NCBI GenBank assembly: GCA_913051545.1
Contig: CAJXCD010000002.1
Location: 152,220 to 216,219, forward strand
Length of the DNA: 64,000 nt
Source of the DNA: an uncultured Chloroflexota bacterium
GTDB taxonomy: Bacteria; Chloroflexota; Dehalococcoidia; Lucifugimonadales; CAJXCD01
Direction of reading: 5' to 3'
The notes beneath the pieces are model-generated. The model made no database searches, was not told where the DNA came from, and saw only the letters and a program-made list of their open reading frames with translations. Position numbers and translations under genes: made by a program. Shown here in pieces: positions 8,383-15,957 of this stretch (the stretch's first letter is position 1; the number at the start of each line of letters is the position of its first letter).

Positions 8383-9270
8383 TTGGTTACTATAGAAAAT
8401 AGTCTCATTAATAAACTGACTAGACGTTTGACGGAGGGGCTCAGGTCAGGTGATCAAAGGCAGTGTCTATATGTGATCGATGAGGCCCTAGACAGTAGAT
8501 TTAGCCCTGGAATTATATACACGAATATCATCTCCCCCGCTAATGTGGAGATAGGAAATCTGTGGCACAAAGGACACATATCTATTGCACACGAACACGT
8601 ATCAACCCAGATTTCCATGAAATTACTTGACCATGTCTTGGATAAGTCCACTAATTCTTTACCAAATGGTCTAAGTGCGATAGTTACTTCTGTTCAGGGA
8701 GACGGACATTGCTTGGGGGCTAAGATGATGTCAAATTTACTGTCCTTAGACGGATGGAAGGTATTTTACTTGGGTGAAAATACTCCTGCAGATGATATTG
8801 CGAGGCTGGTAATTGAAAGTGGATCCAAGGTTGTAGCTCTTTCAGTAACACTGGATAGAAACATCAAAAATGCCATATTTTCTATAGAGGTTCTTAAAAA
8901 TTTAATCGATCCACCTTTAGTTGTATTGGGTGGAGCTGCTATATCTGAAAACTTACTTGAATTCAACGAAGCTTTGGTTGTGACAGATCCGGTTAGTGCA
9001 GTATATAAGTTAAGAAAAGAATTTTGCATAGGTGCTGAGCACCTAACATTGAATGGGCTGTTGGCTCAGATAGGCATCAAGGTATTTGAAAAGCGTAAAG
9101 CAATTGGTAGGAGTCAGGGGCAACTCGCGGAATTAGCCGGTGTAGATAAAGCTTATATTAGTCTAGTTGAAAACGGGAAACAGAATTTAACTATGGGACG
9201 ATTGCTTAGGATAGCACAGGCTCTGGATATTAGTGTATCTGATCTCTTAGAAACATCCAGTAATCTGTAG
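8383..9270 (+). CDS. cobalamin-binding (CarH-like B12 module) transcriptional regulator with C-terminal XRE-family HTH
   Basis: B12-binding cap with W61-x9-E71-H72 (NLWHKGHISIAHEH). Rossmann B12 domain with D107-x-H109-x-x-G112 (GDGHCLG) and LGENTPADDI. C-terminal HTH_3-like segment KRKAIGRSQGQLAELAGVDKAYISLVENGKQNLTMGRLLRIAQALDISVSDLL. The TTG start lies 1 nt after the upstream stop. Confidence 0.8.
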   Translation: MVTIENSLINKLTRRLTEGLRSGDQRQCLYVIDEALDSRFSPGIIYTNIISPANVEIGNLWHKGHISIAHEHVSTQISMKLLDHVLDKSTNSLPNGLSAIVTSVQGDGHCLGAKMMSNLLSLDGWKVFYLGENTPADDIARLVIESGSKVVALSVTLDRNIKNAIFSIEVLKNLIDPPLVVLGGAAISENLLEFNEALVVTDPVSAVYKLRKEFCIGAEHLTLNGLLAQIGIKVFEKRKAIGRSQGQLAELAGVDKAYISLVENGKQNLTMGRLLRIAQALDISVSDLLETSSNL

Positions 9271-9324
9271 CTCACAGAACTTCAAGAGAGTTGAAATATT
9301 AGTATAAGGGAAGAAACTCTGCGG

Positions 9325-9801
9325 TTAAGTATCTATAGAAAGTATGGTTTGTAGTGATGGGACTCTACCACTTCTTTTCCAGACCAAATTCCCATTAGTA
9401 TCGAATACGATAAATATAGGTGTAACGTTCGCGTTATATTTTTTGCGTACGTACTTTCCTATTTCAGAGCCGATATCAAATCTAACGACTACATACTCAT
9501 CGCCTAGTTGATTCTCTAGCCTGTCCACGGCAGGCTTGGCCGAGAGGCATGCCACTCAGTAATTTGAGTACAACTCAAGTAAAACGGGTTTTCCAGACGT
9601 TAAAACATTATCTAACTCGACTATGCTGGAAATACTACTGGAAGTGGTAGATCCAATTATTTGGAATGAGGTTATAGATATGAATGTAATTGAAACTGCA
9701 ATTATCGTCCATTTAAGTTCGAATGTCCTCCAGGTTGCAAATGTTACGATTAGCAGGATTAGCAATCCTGTCACTATCGATGAGTATTGATTGATGAACA
9801 T
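9325..9801 (-). CDS. membrane-anchored thioredoxin-fold protein with in-frame TGA at the redox motif (candidate selenoprotein, UxxC)
   Basis: Track ORFs 9556..9837 and 9325..9555 abut in the same frame and are separated only by TGA (9556-9558). Joined, they read GKPVLLELYSNY-U-VAC-LSAKPAVDRLENQLGDEYVVVRFDI...TPIFIVFDTNGNLVW, a thioredoxin beta1-CxxC-alpha1 layout. The N-terminus is hydrophobic. ATG 9801-9799 overlaps the upstream stop (TAATG), and an alternative ATG lies at 9837. Confidence 0.65.
9514..9546 (-). other. candidate bacterial SECIS hairpin downstream of the UGA
   Basis: The minus-strand RNA from +13 to +45 after the UGA is CUCU-CGGCCA-AGCCUG-CCGUGGA-CAGGCU-AGAG. It has a 6-bp upper stem (AGCCUG/CAGGCU), a 7-nt apical loop containing GU, and a 4-bp lower stem (CUCU/AGAG) with an asymmetric internal loop. 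I folded it by hand only. Confidence 0.45.
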
Positions 9802-10544
9802 TATTTGCCCCAAGTGGAGAAAAATTCTGGCCCCCATCGCCGAGCCAGTAGAATCGTTTTCCTGGAGTAAGAACCATATGGTGGAGCAGTTTGACTATCT
9901 ATCCATGATTCAGCAGCATCCAGGGTTGGTAATTCGGTTATGGAAACTTTGTGCCAGTCTGTTTGCGGACTCATCAAATGAAACTCTTCGAAACTCATGA
10001 GTCTATGGGTCTTTGCACTGCGGCTACAACGGTCTAAGTATTCACTATCTCCTCGATCCTCAGGACTAGTGAAGGAATGTTCAGGGAGTAACCTTGAAAA
10101 CATCAAAACAAGTACGCTATTTTTATCCTCACGTATATGAGGCAGATTGTTTGGATCAATGGTATTTTCTGTTTTAATAATTTTCCGTGGGTGTGTGACT
10201 AATTGAGAGTGATTGTGTTGGATTGAACGATATGCCAGATGGTATTCATAGTTTCCGTATGAACCGTAGGGTGGCGCCATTTCAGCTTTAATCCATTCTG
10301 TTGCACCGTCTAAGGTGGGGAATTCTATCACCCAGAATTTTTCCCATGATTTTTGAGGACCGAGCAACTTGTACCCTTGGATACCAATCAAGTCATACTT
10401 TTGAACAACTTCTAGCATAAGTTCGACATGAATTCTTTCATATTCCTTTTGGTCGGAACGTGAGACACGATGCCAAGTTGGTAGTCTCCCGCCTTTGAAT
10501 AATACGACCACACTGTTATTAATATTTTGTGTTTTGTCACTCAT
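9801..10544 (-). CDS. hypothetical protein with two tandem DUF1330-like (dimeric alpha/beta barrel-like) domains
   Basis: There is an internal duplication: FWVIEFPTLDGATEWIKAEMAPPYGSYGNYEY and VSITELPTLDAAESWIDSQTAPPYGSYSRKTI. The pattern resembles the DUF1330 C-terminus (vIEFPS.e.A..Wy.SpeY). Confidence 0.5.
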   Translation of the reverse strand: MSDKTQNINNSVVVLFKGGRLPTWHRVSRSDQKEYERIHVELMLEVVQKYDLIGIQGYKLLGPQKSWEKFWVIEFPTLDGATEWIKAEMAPPYGSYGNYEYHLAYRSIQHNHSQLVTHPRKIIKTENTIDPNNLPHIREDKNSVLVLMFSRLLPEHSFTSPEDRGDSEYLDRCSRSAKTHRLMSFEEFHLMSPQTDWHKVSITELPTLDAAESWIDSQTAPPYGSYSRKTILLARRWGPEFFSTWGK

Positions 10545-10565
10545 ATAGCACTATTATAGGTAGTA

Positions 10566-11789
10566 TTATATTTCAAATGGTGTTCTGGGAAATTGCATCA
10601 AGAATTCGGGGATGCCTTCTGTGACACGTATATGGTCACCTAGCGGCACAAACATTTTCCCCGATTCTGGGAGAGAAAACGCTGAGTGCAATACCAGAGT
10701 CATTCCTGGTTTCAAAATAGTATCGTTAGATTCAGATGGGATTGGAATTTCACTGTAGTCTAGACCTATTCCATGTCCTACTCGTCCTCCTTGTAGTTTC
10801 CATCCAAACTCTGAGGATTTTTCGCGTACCGCTTTTGCTATGTCACCGGCTCTTGCGCCAGGTCGTATTGCTTCTAGACCCGCATTCTGGGAGTCTCTGG
10901 CTATACCTGTAATATGTTCTAGGTAGTCCGATGTCTTTCCCATCGAACCAGTGCGATGGCCATGACTCCAGTAGCCTTTATATACAATGTAAGAACATAC
11001 AGAAATCATGTCTCCCTGATTTAGGACTCTTTCATGTGGTTTTATGTCTAGCCTAGTATCTTCCCAAGTTGTTGGGGGTCCTGAAGCCATCCAGTACTTA
11101 GCATGGTCAGCACCTTTTTCCCTAACGACTCTTTCCATTTCAGCAATTATTTCTATTCCAGTCATACCTGGTCTGGCAGTGGACAATAATGTTTCGAAAC
11201 CCAGATCGCCAAGATGTGCAGAATGTCGCATTAAGGCCATTTCATCTGGCTCTTTAGTGGATCTCATATCACCTATGATATCCCTGACACGTTTTAACCG
11301 CCCTCCGAATTCACATACTAGAGATTCATAGAATAGCACTGACATATTTTCAATCCCAACGACACCTACATCTCTATCATTAAGACCATTCAGATTTAGA
11401 ATTTCTTGGGTCGCGCCGCCAAATGTTCGTAGGCTGGATTTTAGATTGGGATCTTTGGTTTTTTCTACTGCGACGGCATTTGGATCAATTGATTGGACGA
11501 GAAGAATGTTTTCAATACACGAAGCATCTGGTATTTGATCTAACATGTAAGGAAGGCCGGCAACAAGTAAAGTCGGTGAACCTTCGGAGGGAACCACGAC
11601 GGCGGAATCAACTATTCGGTCATGATTAGCCCATCCTGACAAGTAGGATACGTGCCCTGTCTGACCCCATTTGTGTTCAGCAGCTGGGGAATATGCAAAC
11701 AGTGCACCGAGTCCTTCTTTCTTTAGGAATGATCGAACCTGAGAGTACCGATTCTCCAGTGTGTGAGATAGAGTCTTATCCGGCGGCAT
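10566..11789 (-). CDS. M24 family metallopeptidase (Xaa-Pro dipeptidase/creatinase-like)
   Basis: The C-terminal pita-bread domain carries metal-ligand context motifs: VCSYIVYKGYWSHGHRTG, GHGIGLDYSE, VLHSAF. The N-terminal domain is creatinase-like. Confidence 0.75.
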   Translation of the reverse strand: MPPDKTLSHTLENRYSQVRSFLKKEGLGALFAYSPAAEHKWGQTGHVSYLSGWANHDRIVDSAVVVPSEGSPTLLVAGLPYMLDQIPDASCIENILLVQSIDPNAVAVEKTKDPNLKSSLRTFGGATQEILNLNGLNDRDVGVVGIENMSVLFYESLVCEFGGRLKRVRDIIGDMRSTKEPDEMALMRHSAHLGDLGFETLLSTARPGMTGIEIIAEMERVVREKGADHAKYWMASGPPTTWEDTRLDIKPHERVLNQGDMISVCSYIVYKGYWSHGHRTGSMGKTSDYLEHITGIARDSQNAGLEAIRPGARAGDIAKAVREKSSEFGWKLQGGRVGHGIGLDYSEIPIPSESNDTILKPGMTLVLHSAFSLPESGKMFVPLGDHIRVTEGIPEFLMQFPRTPFEI

Positions 11790-11904
11790 TTAATTCTCCC
11801 TAAAGATTTGTGCTTAGACTATGGTACCATCCTGACGAATAATAAATTCATCTCAATGGGATTTGTACTAATACATTATTCTGTGGGATTGGGAGGCAGA
11901 AGAA

Positions 11905-12708
11905 ATGGGAGATCGAGTTAGAGGAAAAAGTGTAATTGTCACAGGTGCTGGCTCTGTTGGACCTGGGGTTGGGAATGGTAAAGCGGCAGCTATTCTATAT
12001 GCCAGGGAAGGTGCTGAGGTCATGTTAGTAGATTATAACTTAGAAGCTGCTCGCGAGACGAAGAAGTTAATAGATAGCGAGGGGGGACAAGCATTCGCTT
12101 ATAGAGCTGATGTCAGTGATTCTTCTGAATGTTCTTCAATGGTGGATGAATGTCTTGGTCAATTTGGAAAGGTTGATATATTGCACAACAATGTAGGTAT
12201 AGAGATACCAGGAGGAATCACTGATACATCGGAGTCTGATTGGGATAGGACGCTTGATATAAATCTAAAAAGTGTTTTCCTGTCGTGTAAGTACGTTTTA
12301 CCCCACATGGAGAAACAAGAGGGCGGATCAATAGTCAATATATCATCTATAAACGGCATAAGAACTCTTCCTGCGCTGTCGGGCGCATATGGAGCATCCA
12401 AAGCTGGCATGATCGCTTTGACCAGAGAAATAGCGGTGGAGTATGCACCATGTCACATTAGAGCGAACGCAATATTGCCGGGTATGATGCGTACCCCATT
12501 TGTTGAAGCTTCTCTAACTTCAGCGTGGGGTGGTGATGTTGAGGAGATGATGGGACTTAGGGATGCAATGATACCCATTGGGAAGCAGGGTGAGTCTTGG
12601 GACGTAGCCCATGCTGCGCTTTTTCTAGCTTCCGATGAAGCTAAATATGTGACAGGCACTACCTTAGTAGTGGATGGTGGCTTAACAGGTGCTGTCAAAA
12701 CAGCTTAA
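11905..12708 (+). CDS. short-chain dehydrogenase/reductase (SDR)
   Basis: VIVTGAGSVGPGVGNGKA cofactor motif, NNVG, catalytic S...YGASKAG, and PG..RTP. Confidence 0.85.
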   Translation: MGDRVRGKSVIVTGAGSVGPGVGNGKAAAILYAREGAEVMLVDYNLEAARETKKLIDSEGGQAFAYRADVSDSSECSSMVDECLGQFGKVDILHNNVGIEIPGGITDTSESDWDRTLDINLKSVFLSCKYVLPHMEKQEGGSIVNISSINGIRTLPALSGAYGASKAGMIALTREIAVEYAPCHIRANAILPGMMRTPFVEASLTSAWGGDVEEMMGLRDAMIPIGKQGESWDVAHAALFLASDEAKYVTGTTLVVDGGLTGAVKTA

Positions 12709-12779
12709 ATTGAGTCTGTATTTTTGAGTAACGTCAATCCTGATGGGAAGTAAATTCTTAACTGGGGGATTAGGTATAA

Positions 12780-13544
12780 ATGAGTTTACATACGCGGTTT
12801 AGTTTAGCTACTGAGCTTAATCAGTTAGGTATTGAAGCGGGAGACACAGTTTTTATCCATTCATCATACAAAAGCGTTGGAAATGTTGAAGGAGGGGCTG
12901 CCGGTATTGTATCCGCTATTGAGGATGCCGTTGGTTCTGACGGACTTATCCTGATGCCATCATTTAATTTAGTGGATTACGATGACCGTGCAGGTAGCTG
13001 GAATATAGCTACTACACAATCAACGGTTGGGTGGTTGTCAGAGTACTTCAGAAATATGCCCGGTACGTATAGATCTGACCATTATTCCCACTCTGTAGCG
13101 GCACGTGGTAATAAATCCAAGGAATTTGTGTCAGGGTATAGCAGGGATGGATATAAATCGAATTGGGATATTGAGCCATGGAGTAGACCATTTGGTGCTC
13201 AATCCCCAATGAATATGGCTTACGAAAAATGTGGGAAAATACTTATGTTAGGGGTGGATTATAGATCTTCCACGTATTTACATTTCGTTGAAGCAATCTA
13301 TTGGAACATACTACTGAATGAAAACCCAGATGCTCTGTATCCACTACTTGATCGACCCGCTGTAGGGAAATTTTGGGATCAGCATAAGGAAGTTAACATT
13401 GGTTTAGTGGGCGATGCGGAATGTAGACTTTTTGGTATAAAACCATATGTCCAGAAGGTCTTGAAGGAAGTTTCTGATAACTCCGATCCTTACTGGTTAG
13501 ATTTCAAGCTTGTCCCTGGTACCAGAGACAGGGTATATTCCTAA
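12780..13544 (+). CDS. aminoglycoside N3-acetyltransferase (AAC(3)) family protein
   Basis: LNQLGIEAGDTVFIHSSYKSVGNVEGGAAGIVSAIEDAVGSDGLILMPSF, RSDHYSHSVAARG and ILMLGVDYRSSTYLHFVE follow the Antibiotic_NAT family pattern. Confidence 0.7.
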   Translation: MSLHTRFSLATELNQLGIEAGDTVFIHSSYKSVGNVEGGAAGIVSAIEDAVGSDGLILMPSFNLVDYDDRAGSWNIATTQSTVGWLSEYFRNMPGTYRSDHYSHSVAARGNKSKEFVSGYSRDGYKSNWDIEPWSRPFGAQSPMNMAYEKCGKILMLGVDYRSSTYLHFVEAIYWNILLNENPDALYPLLDRPAVGKFWDQHKEVNIGLVGDAECRLFGIKPYVQKVLKEVSDNSDPYWLDFKLVPGTRDRVYS

Positions 13545-13664
13545 GATGCCGTATTATTCCTTTAGTACCTATAGCTGATTTATTACAACTATATTCATTT
13601 CATTTATTGAAAGCCACAGTATCCGAGATAAGATGTTATTTCCCTTTATCGAAAGGAGTGAGTC

Positions 13665-14822
13665 ATGGAAAAATTTGATGGTTTGAACATGTCTCTTGGG
13701 AGTTTACCTCGTCTGTCCTCTGCAAAGAGTCGTTCTATTAGTGCAGAGAACCCATCTGGCGGCAAAGGCATGGGTGGTCGCGCGACAGAAGGTATCCGTT
13801 TACTGTCTGATTCAATGAGAACTCAGCTTGATGAATGGTATGGTAAAGGGAATTGGCCAGGTGATTTCGACCAGGCTCGTGAATTAGGAATAGGTTGGAA
13901 AGTTGCTCCTAATATAATGATCGGTCCCGGTGAAGTTGCGGAACTAGGCAGGGTAAATGGAAGTGGTGCTATTCAGCATATTTGGATGATGACTGGTAGT
14001 GGCAGTCAGAGGCTCGAAATTTTACGTATCTATTGGGATGATGAGCCAGAACCTTCTGTAGAGTGTCCTTTGGGTGATTTCTTTGCAACAGGTTGGGGTG
14101 GAGGAGGTGAGGTGTCGTCACTTCCTGTATGTGTGAATCCTAAAGGTGGTTTGAATAGTTACTGGCTTATGCCATTTCGACGTCAAGCTAGAATTACTCT
14201 AGAGAATCAAAATGATTGTCCCATAGGTGTTTTCTATCAGATCGATTACACCTTAACTGATGTTCCTGAAGATGCAGCATATTTTCATGCGCAGTTTCGC
14301 CGAGTTAACCCAGTATTATACAAAGATGTTTACACGGTACTCGATGGGGTACGTGGGCAAGGACAATTTGTCGGTGTATACATGTGCTGGGGCTCTAATA
14401 TGTCAGGATGGTGGGGAGAGGGGGAGGCGAAGTTTTACATAGACGGGGATGGAGAATACCCTACTATCTGTGGTACAGGCACTGAGGATTATTTTTGCGG
14501 AGCGGCTGGGTTCGGTCATAATGGTAAGTACACTGAATTTAACACACCATATGTCGGTATGGCACAGGTAATAAATCCCCATGAAAACCACGACTATTTT
14601 GGTAAATCACAGAATAAAATGCGCTTCGGATTATACCGTTGGCATATCGTAGACCCTGTGCGATTCGAAGAGGATTTTCGGATGACGATTCAGGCTCTAG
14701 GTTGGAATGGTAAAATGGTGCCACGAGAGGATGATTTGGCTTCCACAGCATTCTGGTATCAGAAGGAGCCACACACACCGTTCCCAGTTCTGCCAGACAA
14801 GCAATACCTAGCGATTGATTAA
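13665..14822 (+). CDS. DUF2961 / glycoside hydrolase family 172-like protein
   Basis: SISAENPSGGKG near the N-terminus, WGEGEAKFYIDGDGEYPTICGTGTEDYF, and YRWHIVDPVRFE are typical DUF2961 blocks. A GAAAGGAG RBS precedes the start. Confidence 0.75.
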   Translation: MEKFDGLNMSLGSLPRLSSAKSRSISAENPSGGKGMGGRATEGIRLLSDSMRTQLDEWYGKGNWPGDFDQARELGIGWKVAPNIMIGPGEVAELGRVNGSGAIQHIWMMTGSGSQRLEILRIYWDDEPEPSVECPLGDFFATGWGGGGEVSSLPVCVNPKGGLNSYWLMPFRRQARITLENQNDCPIGVFYQIDYTLTDVPEDAAYFHAQFRRVNPVLYKDVYTVLDGVRGQGQFVGVYMCWGSNMSGWWGEGEAKFYIDGDGEYPTICGTGTEDYFCGAAGFGHNGKYTEFNTPYVGMAQVINPHENHDYFGKSQNKMRFGLYRWHIVDPVRFEEDFRMTIQALGWNGKMVPREDDLASTAFWYQKEPHTPFPVLPDKQYLAID

Positions 14823-14865
14823 AAACATCCTGTATCTAAGGTCCGCTATTTTGACTGGTTCCCAA

Positions 14866-14902
14866 AATCCTTTCATTAAATATTGATATGTAACAAAGGA
14901 TT
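14866..14902. terminator. hairpin between convergent genes (possible bidirectional terminator)
   Basis: AATCCTTT (14866-14873) pairs with AAAGGATT (14895-14902). The 21-nt loop is large and there is no clear U-tract, so the evidence is weak. Confidence 0.25.
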
Positions 14903-14930
14903 ATATAGAACTAGTAGCACAACTAGGTTG

Positions 14931-15728
14931 TCAAACTACGGCTGATGATCCACCGTCTACATTTATGGATGTGCCAGTAATATAGCTTGCTCTTTCTGAG
15001 CAAAGAAAAGCAATAACATCACCTGCTTCATGCGTTTCACCGATTCGCCCCAGTGGTATTGAATTGGTTGATGCCATTTCTTCGTACATTTCATTCAGGT
15101 TTAAACCTCGTTCTTTTGCTTCAAGTTGTCTAGCTCCACCCTCGTATTGCCCGGCCTTAACTATACCTACGCAAATCGTATTTATTAGAATATTGTCTGG
15201 CGCATATTCTTTAGATAGTGCTTTCGTGAGTGCTATTCCAGCTGCTCTACTTACAGAAGTAGGCATAGATTTTGCACCCGGTGTTTTACCATGGTGGCTA
15301 GTTACATTTACTATCCTGCCACCGCCGTTTGTTTTCATGTGAGGAATAGCAATTCTTGAACATCGTATAGCGGCCATAAGCTTAAGATCTAAATCGTCCT
15401 GCCATTTTAAATCGTCTACTTTCTCAAAGACTCCAGTTGATGAAACACCGGCATTGTTTACGAGAATATCTATCTTCCCGTATTTTGATAGGGTGGAGGA
15501 GAAGAGTTTTTTGATATCTGATGGTTTAGTTACATCAATCTGAATCGAAGTTACTTGTATCCCAGTAGCAGCTTTTATTTCTAAAGTAGCCGACGCTAAT
15601 CTTTGTAAATTTCTTGCGCATATAATTACAATTGCCCCTTCTTTGACCATCGCCATTGAAGCAGCTTTGCCGATTCCGCTACTGCCACCAGTGACTATAG
15701 CTACTTTATTTTTCAATCCTAAATCCAA
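14931..15728 (-). CDS. short-chain dehydrogenase/reductase (SDR)
   Basis: KVAIVTGGSSGIGKA, NNAG, S...Y(APDN)..., and a classical SDR length of 265 aa. Confidence 0.85.
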   Translation of the reverse strand: MDLGLKNKVAIVTGGSSGIGKAASMAMVKEGAIVIICARNLQRLASATLEIKAATGIQVTSIQIDVTKPSDIKKLFSSTLSKYGKIDILVNNAGVSSTGVFEKVDDLKWQDDLDLKLMAAIRCSRIAIPHMKTNGGGRIVNVTSHHGKTPGAKSMPTSVSRAAGIALTKALSKEYAPDNILINTICVGIVKAGQYEGGARQLEAKERGLNLNEMYEEMASTNSIPLGRIGETHEAGDVIAFLCSERASYITGTSINVDGGSSAVV

Positions 15729-15820
15729 AGTACAATCTTTCCTTTATTCCATTACGGATTTATCAGAATAATAAACCACATTGAGTTTAAATATGTATGT
15801 CAATTGTGTCAAAGATTAGG

Positions 15821-15839
15821 AACTAATTAACAATTAGTT
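15821..15839. promoter_or_regulatory. palindrome AACTAATT-aac-AATTAGTT upstream of the 15958 gene
   Basis: Perfect 8-bp arms at 15821-15828 and 15832-15839, about 120 nt upstream of the ATG in a 229-nt AT-rich intergenic region. It is a candidate dimeric regulator site. Confidence 0.25.
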
Positions 15840-15957
15840 TCTATTTTACATAATTGACTAGGTTGGAAGTGACGAAGTAGAATCCGCGCGACTAATACTA
15901 AATCAGTCAACGTTACTGGTAAAGTAATGATTCTCTCTGCTTTTAGGAGGTTAAGGC

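Noticed and set aside
9271-9324. Possible terminator between the convergent regulator and selenoprotein genes.
   Set aside because: Only 4-5 bp complementary segments occur (AACT...AGTT). No convincing stem or U-tract is present.
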